From positions 65,497-129,496 of the forward strand of contig CAWKPF010000002.1 of the NCBI GenBank assembly GCA_963851415.1: a stretch of DNA of 64,000 nt, written 5' to 3'. This DNA is from an uncultured Acidobacteriota bacterium (GTDB lineage Bacteria; Acidobacteriota; Thermoanaerobaculia; Multivoradales; Multivoraceae). Below the pieces are notes generated by a model. It did not search any database and had not been told where the DNA came from. It saw only the letters and a program-made list of their open reading frames with translations. Every line of letters starts with the position of its first letter. Position 1 is the first letter of the stretch. Shown here in pieces: positions 45,501 to 54,315 of the stretch. Made by a program: the position numbers and the translations under genes.

Positions 45501-47281
45501 GCTGCAAAGGCTAGCAGCGGCAGCGCGCCCCGCTCGCCCTCGACCTCGCCGAGGATCTCCTCGACCAGGTGATCGTCTTCGAACCGGTAGCCGTGCTTGA
45601 GCGCCGGCTGCACGACGGCACGTCGCAACGCGCTGCCCGAGAGCGGATTGAGCACGGTCAGGGCTTCGAAGATCGGCGTGAACGCCGGATACCGACCACA
45701 CTCGGCCAGGAAGTCGTCGCGCAACGACAAGAGAATCCGCACGTCGGCCTCGATCGACAGGCGACCGAGCAACTCGGCAAAGCGCTCCTGGACTTCGGGC
45801 GAGCTCTGGGTGAAGAGCTCTTCGAACTGGTCGATCACGAGAAGCGCGTGCTCGTGGTTGCCGCGCCAACGCTTCACCGCCGCCACGGCCTTGGCCGGAT
45901 CGTCGAAGCCGACCAGCTCGCGCACGGCATCGGTGTCTCCGGCGAGCTCGACGGCGAGCGCCTCGGCCAGCGCGGTGACCGGGCGCACTCCGGGTGTCGT
46001 GACCAGCACTCCCCAACCGTCGGGTCGGGCGGGCAGGACCCCGGCTCTCAGGAACGACGTCTTACCGGTGCCGGAGGGACCGATCAGACCGAGCACGTGG
46101 AGACGACGCAGCTTCTTCCACATCGCCTCGACTTCGAGCTCGCGGCCGAAGAAGTACTCGGCGTCGGCTTCGGTGAAGGAGGCGAGGCCGGGGTAGGGCG
46201 TGACGCCCTCTTCGATGGCGCGGGTGGTGGCCTCTTCGAGAGCCCGGGAGAGGACCGCGGCGCTGGCAGGACGGGCGTCCCGGTCGCCGGCGATGCACCG
46301 ACGCAGCACCGGGGCCCAGGGCGTCTTCGCCAGGCGCGGCGGAGTCTCTCGACAGCGCTGCCAGAACTGTCGCCGCTGCTCGGGCGAGCGCACCCCGCCC
46401 GACTCCACCATCTCGGCGAGCACCAGACCGGCGGCGTAGACGTCGGTGCGCGCGTCGAGCGGCTCGCCCTTCGACTGCTCGGGAGCCATGTAGGCAGGGG
46501 TCCCGGCAACGTCGCTCGCCTGCCCGACCAGCGCTCCGGCGATACCGAAGTCCATCACCACGACGCGACCGGCCCGGGTCAGCATGACGTTCTCGGGCTT
46601 CACGTCGCGATGCACGAGCCCGGCGGCGTGGATCGCTTCGAGACCGGCGAGCATCTGGGCGGCGAGGTCGCGTGCCTCGCTCAGATCGAGGGGGCTGCGC
46701 TGGGCGAGAAGCTGCTGCAGGGTTTCGCCGTCGATGTACTCCATGGAGACCAGCTCGTGTCCCTCCAACTCGACCAGATCGAACACCCGGCAGACGTTGG
46801 GCGAGACGACTTCGCGAGCGGTGCGCACCTCCTGGCGAAGGGTTTCGAGGGCCGGACGGTGCTGCAACAGGTCGGCGCGCAGTGCCTTGAGCGCGACATC
46901 GACGCGCAGCTTGAGGTCGAACGCTCGCCACACCTCACCCATGCCACCCGTGCCGAGGAGGGTGCGAATGCGGTATCGGCCACCGAGGATCTGGCCGCGC
47001 TCGAGCGCCTTGCGCGAGGAAGGGAGAGTGCCCGGCTCGGCATCACCCTGGTCTGCGTGGCCCTGTTCTGGGTCGCCCCGGTCTGGGTCGCCCCGGTCGG
47101 CTTCGATCTCGGCGAGGAGCGAGGGCTGCTCGAGACTCAACCGGGCCATGCACGCCAGGCACAGACCGGTGGCCCACGGCTCGTCACTGAGCGGGGTCCC
47201 GCAGTCGGGGCAGAGCGGCGCCTCGTCCGCTCTCGCCCTCCCCTCCAATCGCGGGGCTTCCCCTGTTGGCGTCTCTCCCAA
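42548..47281 (-). CDS. Ser/Thr protein kinase fused to a STAND-type P-loop NTPase, one TM helix and a C-terminal WD40-like beta-propeller region
   Basis: 1577 aa. CPDCG...CLAC ribbon (residues 24-43). Kinase motifs GTGGMGEVW, VALK, HRDVKPEN, DFGIA, GTPAYMAPE (about residues 97-350). PYPGLASFTEADAEYFFGRE + Walker A GPSGTGKTS + Walker B LLVIDQFEE. RKRRRRR + TM IAVAMAVAFLAATVLVVTGFW (44834-44893). WD40-type blades such as GHVGPVYSLDFSPDGLWLVSSGADGSVRIWPV. Confidence 0.9.
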   Translation of the reverse strand: MGETPTGEAPRLEGRARADEAPLCPDCGTPLSDEPWATGLCLACMARLSLEQPSLLAEIEADRGDPDRGDPEQGHADQGDAEPGTLPSSRKALERGQILGGRYRIRTLLGTGGMGEVWRAFDLKLRVDVALKALRADLLQHRPALETLRQEVRTAREVVSPNVCRVFDLVELEGHELVSMEYIDGETLQQLLAQRSPLDLSEARDLAAQMLAGLEAIHAAGLVHRDVKPENVMLTRAGRVVVMDFGIAGALVGQASDVAGTPAYMAPEQSKGEPLDARTDVYAAGLVLAEMVESGGVRSPEQRRQFWQRCRETPPRLAKTPWAPVLRRCIAGDRDARPASAAVLSRALEEATTRAIEEGVTPYPGLASFTEADAEYFFGRELEVEAMWKKLRRLHVLGLIGPSGTGKTSFLRAGVLPARPDGWGVLVTTPGVRPVTALAEALAVELAGDTDAVRELVGFDDPAKAVAAVKRWRGNHEHALLVIDQFEELFTQSSPEVQERFAELLGRLSIEADVRILLSLRDDFLAECGRYPAFTPIFEALTVLNPLSGSALRRAVVQPALKHGYRFEDDHLVEEILGEVEGERGALPLLAFAAAQLWEGRDRERGVLTRRTYEEIGGVAGALARHADATLEEIGEENVVVVRDFFRRLVTAQRTRATWDRDELLSAFEDREAASRVLNVLIDARLVTSYERQSEEEDAEPRHRVEIIHESLLRSWPRLVRWQVRDEDSAQLLDQLRQAASIWEDRGRPDDLLWTGKAFKEYELWREDYSGALSSTEAEFADAMVELSGRKRRRRRIAVAMAVAFLAATVLVVTGFWRRAVDAGRQVEANHLLSLGRSHLPSDPTEKDPTGALAYAMKRLELQDDPAVRRLVMDALWAGPLAIHVQAEHASGRSSEMSSSGTWLAGPVLAEDRLQGRRLYHRDGTTEVLPYPPDLVRELENDALGDMMITQAVPGRELMVDVYLRGFVVLSPPPQGRVLRWENLGTEAFFYVRSSEELVAIAVDGEWREISYWPLDGGMPRELGRLPAGPRAHSSSVAAIAVDDRVCVWQWESPQTGPTDCHDLPSEATGAFLSFDGQLVGSFDPEGRMRMWRRELGRASGEWSRALGRSHDRAFDATNTRWLAWPRGGAAFASVWNLDYPPEMEPLLFSRHQGATHHEVRWGAGGQWILGFTNIGGLTMWPAARRHPFVADGSTDTLSASFSPDGRSLSWGEGAFRGALRHLQRGHVTGTLSKLIQPYSGIRSVSWHPDGRRVMAGEGDGTTWFVDVVSGEARELPQTATARFSGRMVAMATPYPVAVSPDGRYAAGAGGPELLVWSLEAESLGAVDVRVLVPEEKERGPRGPFPPEPSFLGVHFTPDSRKIVASEWDAIRVWDLDDGTFEILGEGFVSQVSRDGRRVFATLGMKQEWGQEAGADPVRIYDLENGDYEVLPNHGVATVVALDPSESILASGDWQGVIRVGPITGEEPHLLLGHVGPVYSLDFSPDGLWLVSSGADGSVRIWPVPDVTKVPIHTLPQDDLLAFLKRLTNFRAVEDPESETGYSIDYDPFPGWADYPDWLPLAADAEEERPTSAGGSS
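47069..47098 (-). repeat. 15-nt tandem duplication inside the kinase gene (encodes DRGDP-DRGDP)
   Basis: Plus strand ttctgggtcgccccg / gtctgggtcgccccg, 14 of 15 identical. It lies in the linker between the zinc ribbon and the kinase domain and is absent from the pseudogene copy. Confidence 0.7.
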
Positions 47282-47356
47282 GCTCCGTCTCCCTCCTATG
47301 AGCCCTCCCTGAGTGAGAAACGGATCGCCATCACAAGGTCACAGCTCGCATTCTCC

Positions 47357-48100
47357 TCACGCGTCGGCCCCGCTGTGCCACGGTTGGATCACGGCCAGCA
47401 GGTGACGGAGCTCGTCGTCGAGCTCGCCGGCGGCCACCGTCTCCCCCACCTCTTCCCGCAAGAGAGCCCCGTAGCGCTGCCGCATGCGCATGACGGCGTT
47501 CTTGACCGCGCCCTCGGACATGCCGAGCTCCGACGCAGCGTCGCGATAGGAGATATGCGGCTCGGAGCCCGAGAGGTAGCGGCGCAGCACCGGAAACTGG
47601 GAGGCCTTGCCCGAGGCCTCGAAGTCGGCCTCGAGCCGCTCGAGCGCCCGCTCCATGACGGTGAGCCCCCAGCGACGCTCGAAGATCTGCTCCGGCGTCA
47701 GCTCCTCCACCGGTTCTCTCTGGAAACGACGCTCGGCCTGGTCGGCATCGATGGGCGCGTCGAGCGTCACGATCTCGACGTGGCCGCCGCGCTTGAGGGT
47801 GCGCGCCTCGTCACGATGGTGAGAGAGGAAGTTCCCGAGGCAGGCGTGGAGAAAGGAGCGAAAGCGACCCTTGGAGCGATCGACGGCCTGCATCACGTCG
47901 CGCTCGAGCAGGTCGGCGAAAAAGCTCTGGGTGAGGTCGCGCGCTTCCTCCGGGGAGAAGCCCCGCACCCGAATGAAGGCGTAGGCCGGGTACCAGTACG
48001 ACGCGCACAGCGCCTCGAGCGCCCGCCGGGCCTCGCTTTCCGTGCCTTCCTTGGCGGCCAGGACCACGCTCCACTGGGTGGTCGCGAGTTGGTTGCCCAA
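47357..48100 (-). CDS. ECF-type RNA polymerase sigma factor (kinase-associated type)
   Basis: 247 aa, TTG start. N-terminal TTQWSVVLAA..., sigma2-like DLTQSFFADLLERD, sigma4 HTH ISYRDAASELGMSEGAVKNAVMRMRQRY. It is 75 nt upstream of, and co-directional with, the kinase gene. Confidence 0.85.
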   Translation of the reverse strand: MGNQLATTQWSVVLAAKEGTESEARRALEALCASYWYPAYAFIRVRGFSPEEARDLTQSFFADLLERDVMQAVDRSKGRFRSFLHACLGNFLSHHRDEARTLKRGGHVEIVTLDAPIDADQAERRFQREPVEELTPEQIFERRWGLTVMERALERLEADFEASGKASQFPVLRRYLSGSEPHISYRDAASELGMSEGAVKNAVMRMRQRYGALLREEVGETVAAGELDDELRHLLAVIQPWHSGADA

Positions 48101-48138
48101 ATCCCTGAGTCCCGATTTCCGTCGACGATCGTTTGGAA

Positions 48139-48199
48139 TCTGGGACCAATTCTAGCGATTCTGGGACAATTGACCACATCTGCCTTACCGATCTGGGAC
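48139..48199 (+). promoter_or_regulatory. three direct repeats of TCTGGGAC in the sigma/TonB-receptor divergent spacer
   Basis: Copies at 48139-48146, 48160-48167 and 48192-48199, spaced 21 and 32 nt apart. Flanks are aaTCTGGGACcaatt, atTCTGGGACaattg, gaTCTGGGACtttt. The last copy lies 15 nt upstream of CGT (48215) and about 48 nt upstream of ATG 48247. Confidence 0.45.
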
Positions 48200-48246
48200 T
48201 TTTCCGTGCGATTCCGTTTCTTCAGAGGAAAAGGGGGAATGGGCCA

Positions 48247-51202
48247 ATGAGCAGGGATCTCCATCGCTTCAGGACCGGGTTCGGCTCTTTGATTCTCTTC
48301 GTCGTGGCCGCGCTGGCGACGACACGGGGGGGCTTTGCACAGGCCGTGACGGGGAACGTCTACGGCACGGTGACCGACTCGGCGGGGCAATCGCTTCCCG
48401 GGGTCACCGTCACCATCGGTGGAATCGGAGCCGATCGCACTCAGTTCACCGACGCGCGGGGGCGCTTCCGTTTCCTGGGCCTCGACCCCGGAGAGTGGCA
48501 TCTCCGCGCTGAGCTCTCCGGCATGGGCTCGCTCGACTTTCCTGGGGTGGAGGTGCGCATCGGTCGCAACACGACGCTCCCGCTGGTGCTCCGACCGGCG
48601 ATGCAGGAAACGCTCACGGTCACTTCGGAGAGCCCCCTTCTGGACGAGCGCGAGCTCACCCAGGGCACCACGGTGACGCAGGTGGAGCTCGAACGGATTC
48701 CCACGGCACGCGATCCGTGGGCGATCGTGGGCCAGACGCCGGGCGTGCTGGTCGATCGCGTGAACGTGGGGGGAAGCGAGTCGGGTCAGCAGTCGAGCTT
48801 CCGGGCACAGGGGGTCGAGTCCCGTTCAGAACGACTGGCAGCTCGACGGAGTCCAGATCACCGATATGTATGGCCCAGGGGCCTCCTCGTCCTACTTCGA
48901 CTTCGACCAGTTCGCGGAGATGCAGTTCACCACCGGCGGCACCGACGTGACCAAGAACACGGCCGGCGTCGGAGTGAACCTGGTGACCAAGCGGGGCAGC
49001 AACGAGTTTCGCGGCTCGGCGCGATTCTTCAACACGAAAGCGCAGGGATACTTCGGAGGCTTCCTGCCTCAGGCACGAGTCAATGTCAACGAAGAGGACA
49101 TGGGTCCCGGACAGTCCCTCGACGACTACAAGGGCGCCCAGATCCGGGAGATCGAGGAGATGGGGTTCGAGGCCGGAGGCGCCCTGGTTCGCGATCGCGC
49201 CTGGCTGTGGGGCTCCTGGGGACAGAACGACATCCAACAGAACGCCGCGACGGGAACCGCCGACGACACCATTCTCGAGAACACTGCACTCAAGCTGAAC
49301 GCACAGTTCAGCCGCGCCAACAGCTTCGTCGCGTCATGGAACAACGGTGACAAGCAGAAATCCGGTCGCGAGGCCGGCAGCACCCGCCCCGACATCACCA
49401 GCTACAACCAGCGTGGCCCCTCCGCGATCTACCGCTTCGAAGATACGCACGTCTTCACCTCGAATCTGTTCGTCACGGGCACCTACTCTCTCAACGACCT
49501 CGGCTTCCAGCTGGCTGCGAAGGGCGGAGTCGGGCCCGACGCTCCAGAGTCGTGGCGCCGCAGCGACGGCGTGTGGCAGGAGAACTACATCAGCGGTAGC
49601 TCCACGTCTCCGGGCGACGAGATCAAGGTCGACTCGTCGTACTTCCTCAACACGGGGAACATCAACCACGAGCTGCGGGTCGGCGGCCGGTTCCGCCGGT
49701 CCGAGAACTCGAGTGTGTTCGCCTGGCCGGGGAAGGACGTCTTCACCTACAACACCACGAGCACCCACTTCGTGACCGCGAAGCGAGGCATCGGGACCCC
49801 GGTGCTCATGGAGTATTTTTCGCTCTGGGCACAGGACACCCTGAGCCTGGGGCGCTTCACGGTCAACGCCGGCTTGCGCTATGACGACCAGAAGGGGCGA
49901 AACCAGGCCGCCCGCGTGCCCGGCAACCCGATGGTGCCAAACGTGCTACCCGAGATCGAGTACGCGGGGGCGGCGCCCGACTTCACCTGGACGAGCCTGG
50001 CGCCCCGACTGGGCGTGACCTATGCCCTCGGCAGCGAGCGTGACACCTTGATCCGAGCCAGCCTGGCCCAGTTCGCGGATGCTCTCGGCTCGCGCTACAT
50101 CGATCGCACGAACCCGGCCGGCAACGTCTACGCCTACTTCGCGCTCCCCTACGTCGACGGCCCGTACACCGGAGACGGCAGCGAGCTCGACGATCCGGCG
50201 CGGGTCGACTTCGCCAACGGCTTCGACCCGGCAGACCCCTCGTCGCTCGATGACCCCGACCGCACCGACCCGGGATTCGATCCGCCGCTCACCACCGAGC
50301 TCGTGATCGGCGTCGAGCACGCGGTGCTCCCCGAGTTCGTGGTCGGACTCACGCTCACGGCACGCAACGTCGACAAGATCGAGGAGCTGAGGCCGATCAT
50401 CCGCAACAGCGACGGCACCGAGCGCACCGTGACCGCAGAGGACTACGTGCTCGACGGGAGCCTGAGCGGCACGATCGACGACCCGAACGCCGGCGGCCCA
50501 GCGAGGAGCTACGACGTGCCGGTCTACGCCCTGCGAGAGGACTTCCAGTTCACCGGCGGTGAGCTCCTGCTCAACGGCGCGCGCGAGCGGGACTACCTGG
50601 GCGCGGCGCTCACCTTTACCAAGCGTTTGGCGAATCGGTGGATGATTCGCGGGTATCTGAACTACGGCAGCGCCGAGTGGAAGGTCCCGGCCGAGTATCT
50701 GGCTCAGAACGACCCCAACAGAGACCAGGACGGCGGGGATCGGGATGGATCTCTGTTCGCCACTCGCTCGGGTGCCGGCGGCAGAGGGGAGCGGTTCCTG
50801 CAGTCGACGTGGACGTCGAACGTGACCGGCCTCTACCAGATCGCTCCCGATCGGCCGTGGGGATTCAACCTGTCGGGAGCGCTCACGGCGCGAGAGGGCT
50901 ATCCCATCCCCTACTTCAACGAGACCACGACCAGCGACGGCCTGTTCCGCCGCATCAGTGTGGTCGGCGACTTCGACGACTACCGGCTACCCACCATCGC
51001 CACCCTGGATCTGAGGTTCGAGAAGGAGTTCAACCTGACCGGCCCGGTCAACATGACCTTCGGGATCGACGCGTTCAACATCACCAACACAGGGACGGCG
51101 ATGTCACGGCGCCGCGACCTGAGCGTGTCGAGTGCGTACTGGCTCGAGGACAACATCTCGCCAAGGATCTGGCGGCTCGGGGTGCGTTTGAGCTGGAAGT
51201 GA
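48247..51202 (+). pseudogene. TonB-dependent receptor with carboxypeptidase-regulatory-like N-domain, carrying a single frameshift near 48810-48814
   Basis: Track ORFs 48133..49350 (signal peptide, VTGNVYGTVTDSAGQSLPGVTV...) and 48866..51202 (barrel, ends ...RLGVRLSWK) are one gene. The +1 frame reads ...GSSPVQNDWQLDGVQITDMYGPG... directly after ...SSFRAQG. The shift sits at a G5 run. Confidence 0.8.
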
Positions 51203-51764
51203 GGTCCGACCTTCGGCGAAACAGGTCCTCACTGAGAGCTCCGCGCACCAGGGCCCGACTGGGGGCTCTCCATCGAGGGTAGAATTATCCTTCGGCTGCT
51301 TCGACGAGATCAGCTTCGGAGTCATTGCCCAATCGAGTCGATACGGACCGTGAAAGATCATGGGAACGGGGTCCTCGACTGTGGGTTATCGATGGCCTCC
51401 GGTATAGGAAGAATTCACCATCCCGGAGTGCTACCCAGTGATCACTGTAGGCCTGATCGAGCAGCCGGACCTCGAGCAGATGGACGAGAGTGGCCGCAAC
51501 TGGACAGCGGTTCGTCGTCGCGAACCTCTCGTTGCGAAACAGATTGTCATTCCGCGCCTGGCCGGGCTCGGCGACGGCGGTTTGATGGCGTGGCAGGACA
51601 TCACGGGCCTAGCGGTACGGGGATAATCTCGCGAGCCCCTCGAGCCCCTCCGACCCCGTCTGCCTGTGGAGACTCCCGGACTCGGCTCCGAAAACTCCCA
51701 GGCCGCCACTCGGGGTAACAGCCCTCAGGACTCGTTCTCACCAGATCTGCATCGCTTTGCCAAC

Positions 51765-52931
51765 ATGAGAATCCTGCTCCTCAGCGAGATCTTCCCTCCC
51801 AAGACCGGTGGCAGCGGGCGCTGGTTCTGGGAGATGTATCGCCGCTTGCCCCGAGAGTGGGTTGCCATCGCCGCCGGGGACGATCCTGCGGCCGAGGCGT
51901 TCGACCGCAGTCACGACACGCCTCTCCACCGCGTTCCTTTGACCATGAACGAGTGGGGGGTCGTCAGTCTGAGCGGTTCCCTCGGGTACTTGCGGGCGCT
52001 CCGGAGGCTACGAACACTCGTTCGCGAAGAGCAGGTCACTAGCGTCCACAGTGGCCGCTGCCTGCCGGAGGGAGTCATGGCTCGAGCCCTGAAGAGCCTG
52101 TGCGGTGTCCCGTACGTCTGCTACGTTCATGGCGACGACGTGCGATCGGCTTCGCTGAGTCGCGAGCTGAGCTGGCTCGTGCGGTGGGTGTTCTCCGGCG
52201 CCGAATACCTGGTCGCCAACTGCAACAATACGGCAAAGATCCTCGTCGACGAGTGGGGCCAACCCCCGACTCACCTGGCGGTGTTGCATCCTGGCGTCGA
52301 CACTCGGAGATTCGCACCGGCACGTCGTGACCCGGCGGTTCGCGAACGGCTCGGTTGGGGCGAGCGACGAGTCATCTTGACGGTTGGCAGATTCCAGACA
52401 CGGAAGGGCCAGGATCGCATGATTCTCGCGCTGGCTTCGATTCGCGACGCGATCCCCGATGTGCTCTTCGTGATCGTCGGTGATGGCGAGACGCGCTCCC
52501 AGCTCGAAGGGCTCGTGGCCGACCAGGAGGTGGAGGCTCACGTCCAGTTTCTCGGTGAGCTACCGGACGAGGAGCTGATTCAGTGCTATCAACAGTGTGA
52601 CCTGTTTGCCTTGCCCAATCGGCAGGTGGGCACGGACATCGAAGGATTCGGCATGGTCTTGCTCGAGGCCCAGGCTTGCGGCCGTCCCGTTCTGGCCGGA
52701 GCCTCGGGAGGGACTTCCGAGACCCTGCGGGAAGGGGCGACCGGGGTGCTCGTCGAATGCTCCGATCCCTCGACACTGGCCGCCGGCGTGGTGGATCTGT
52801 TGATCGACCCAGAGAGGATGGACCGCATGGGCGAAGAAGCGCGCCGTTGGGCAGTCGATCAGTTCGACTGGGAGGCCCTGACCGAGCAAGCCATGGAGCT
52901 GTTCGACGGCGGGACGGCCCGCTCCCGATAG
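51765..52931 (+). CDS. GT4-family glycosyltransferase
   Basis: ATG 51765 (MRILLLSEIFPPKTGGSG...) inside track ORF 51666..52931. The C-terminal EGFGMVLLEAQACGRPVLAGASGG motif is typical of the GT4/GT-B fold. Confidence 0.8.
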   Translation: MRILLLSEIFPPKTGGSGRWFWEMYRRLPREWVAIAAGDDPAAEAFDRSHDTPLHRVPLTMNEWGVVSLSGSLGYLRALRRLRTLVREEQVTSVHSGRCLPEGVMARALKSLCGVPYVCYVHGDDVRSASLSRELSWLVRWVFSGAEYLVANCNNTAKILVDEWGQPPTHLAVLHPGVDTRRFAPARRDPAVRERLGWGERRVILTVGRFQTRKGQDRMILALASIRDAIPDVLFVIVGDGETRSQLEGLVADQEVEAHVQFLGELPDEELIQCYQQCDLFALPNRQVGTDIEGFGMVLLEAQACGRPVLAGASGGTSETLREGATGVLVECSDPSTLAAGVVDLLIDPERMDRMGEEARRWAVDQFDWEALTEQAMELFDGGTARSR

Positions 52932-52959
52932 AGGAGACCCGACGTCGTGGCCAGGGCCG

Positions 52960-54315
52960 TCAGCGCGAGCTCTTCAGCTTTTCCCCGAGTCGGCGTGCGG
53001 TGATCTCCACACCGCGACCGTGGATGACGTCTTCGTGATCGCCGGGAATGTCGACCAGAGTGATGTCCTTGGCAAGTCCCCTCCAGCCCAGTTCGGGGAA
53101 CTGGTCCTTGAACCAGCTTTCTGCGCCGTGGCGGAAGAGAATGACGGGAGCCGACAGTGCCTGCGGGCGATACCGTCGAAAGGCTCTCAGACAGCTCCGT
53201 TCCACGTAGCTGGGCCGCAGCGACTCCGGCAGCGGGATCCGCAGTGCGGTTCGGCCCCGGATCGCCAGACGCGTGGGAAGAGTCCGCATGGCGGCAGTCT
53301 GATCCCGCACGAGCGACAGCACGTTACCCAGCACGCTGCGGCCGAAGTAGACCAGGCGCTCCGCCACACCGAGTTTCGCGGTATTGGCGCGATGCCGACC
53401 GGCTCGCTCCTCGAGCGTCTCGTGCCAGGGGAAGAGGGTGTCGAACATCGCCAGAATCTCGACGCCCTCCCCGGCATCGGTCAGCTGGCGGGCAATCTCG
53501 AAAGCGACCACCCCGCCGAAGGAATAGCCGCCAAGACGATAGGGCCCCTTCGGTTGAAGCGACCGAATCTCCGCCACATGACGGGCGGCGAGTTGCTCGA
53601 TGCTCTCGGGAAAGGGCTCGCTGCCATCGGCACCCGGAGGCGCCAGCCCGTACACCGGCTGGTCCGAGCCGAGCTCTCGGGCCAGATCGTAGTAGTGGAT
53701 CGTCCGACCTGCCACGCAATGGGCACAGAACAGTGGAGGCTGTGAGCCCCGCGGTTGAATCTCGACCAGCAGCGAGTCTCGGCCGACGGCCGGCGCCCCT
53801 TGCAGCACCTCGGCGAGCCTCGCCACCGTGGGTCGCTGGAACACCGTATCCACCTGGATCGTCTGCCCGAGTCGCTCTCGAATCACGACCACGAGTCGCA
53901 GAGCTCGCAGAGAATGGCCGCCCAGGTCGAAGAAGTCATCGTGGATTCCGACAGGCTCGACGCCGAGCAGCTCGGAGAAGATGGTCACGAGGGTCTCTTC
54001 CAGGGCGTCGCGGGGCGCGCTGTCCTTCGAGGTCGCGCGTTCGGTGGCGGGCTCGGGAAGCGCGTCGCGATCGATCTTGCCGTTGACCGTTCGCGGCATC
54101 GCGTCCAACGTCACGAACATCGCCGGCACCATGGGCTCGGGCAACCGCTCTCGGAGGTGGCGGCGCAACTCCTCCGGCGTTGGAGCCGATCGGGAGTCGG
54201 GAACGACGTAGGCGACGAGCTTGGTCTCGCTTCTCACGCCGAGCTCGTCGAGACGCCGGGCGAGTGCCTCCCGCTGTGGCTCACCGAGTCGTTCGATTCT
54301 CGCTCGCAGTTCCAT
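52960..54315 (-). CDS. NRPS fragment: A-domain C-terminal part (A9-A10), PCP and thioesterase
   Basis: ATG 54315 (MELRAR...) overlaps the upstream stop (TGATG). KLVAYVVPD, LPEPMVPAMF (A9), NGKIDR (A10), FFDLGGHSLRAL (PCP), GYSFGGVVAFE (TE GxSxG). Confidence 0.8.
   Translation of the reverse strand: MELRARIERLGEPQREALARRLDELGVRSETKLVAYVVPDSRSAPTPEELRRHLRERLPEPMVPAMFVTLDAMPRTVNGKIDRDALPEPATERATSKDSAPRDALEETLVTIFSELLGVEPVGIHDDFFDLGGHSLRALRLVVVIRERLGQTIQVDTVFQRPTVARLAEVLQGAPAVGRDSLLVEIQPRGSQPPLFCAHCVAGRTIHYYDLARELGSDQPVYGLAPPGADGSEPFPESIEQLAARHVAEIRSLQPKGPYRLGGYSFGGVVAFEIARQLTDAGEGVEILAMFDTLFPWHETLEERAGRHRANTAKLGVAERLVYFGRSVLGNVLSLVRDQTAAMRTLPTRLAIRGRTALRIPLPESLRPSYVERSCLRAFRRYRPQALSAPVILFRHGAESWFKDQFPELGWRGLAKDITLVDIPGDHEDVIHGRGVEITARRLGEKLKSSR

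Noticed and set aside
47069-47098. RGD 'cell-adhesion' motifs in the duplicated DRGDP units
   Set aside because: The segment is predicted to be cytoplasmic, N-terminal to the kinase domain. The RGD tripeptides are a by-product of a 15-nt slippage duplication.
45569-48250. 893-aa plus-strand ORF (similar long ORFs at 17114..19225, 23639..24850, 25368..26849, 10211..11830, 11212..12855)
   Set aside because: All are antisense or off-frame relative to genes with clear family motifs. They are shadow ORFs caused by GC3 bias.
51408-51626. Small protein gene in the receptor/glycosyltransferase spacer
   Set aside because: The frame has no ATG, no ribosome-binding site (only a GTG at 51438) and no recognisable family. 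It is reported only as an unassigned region.
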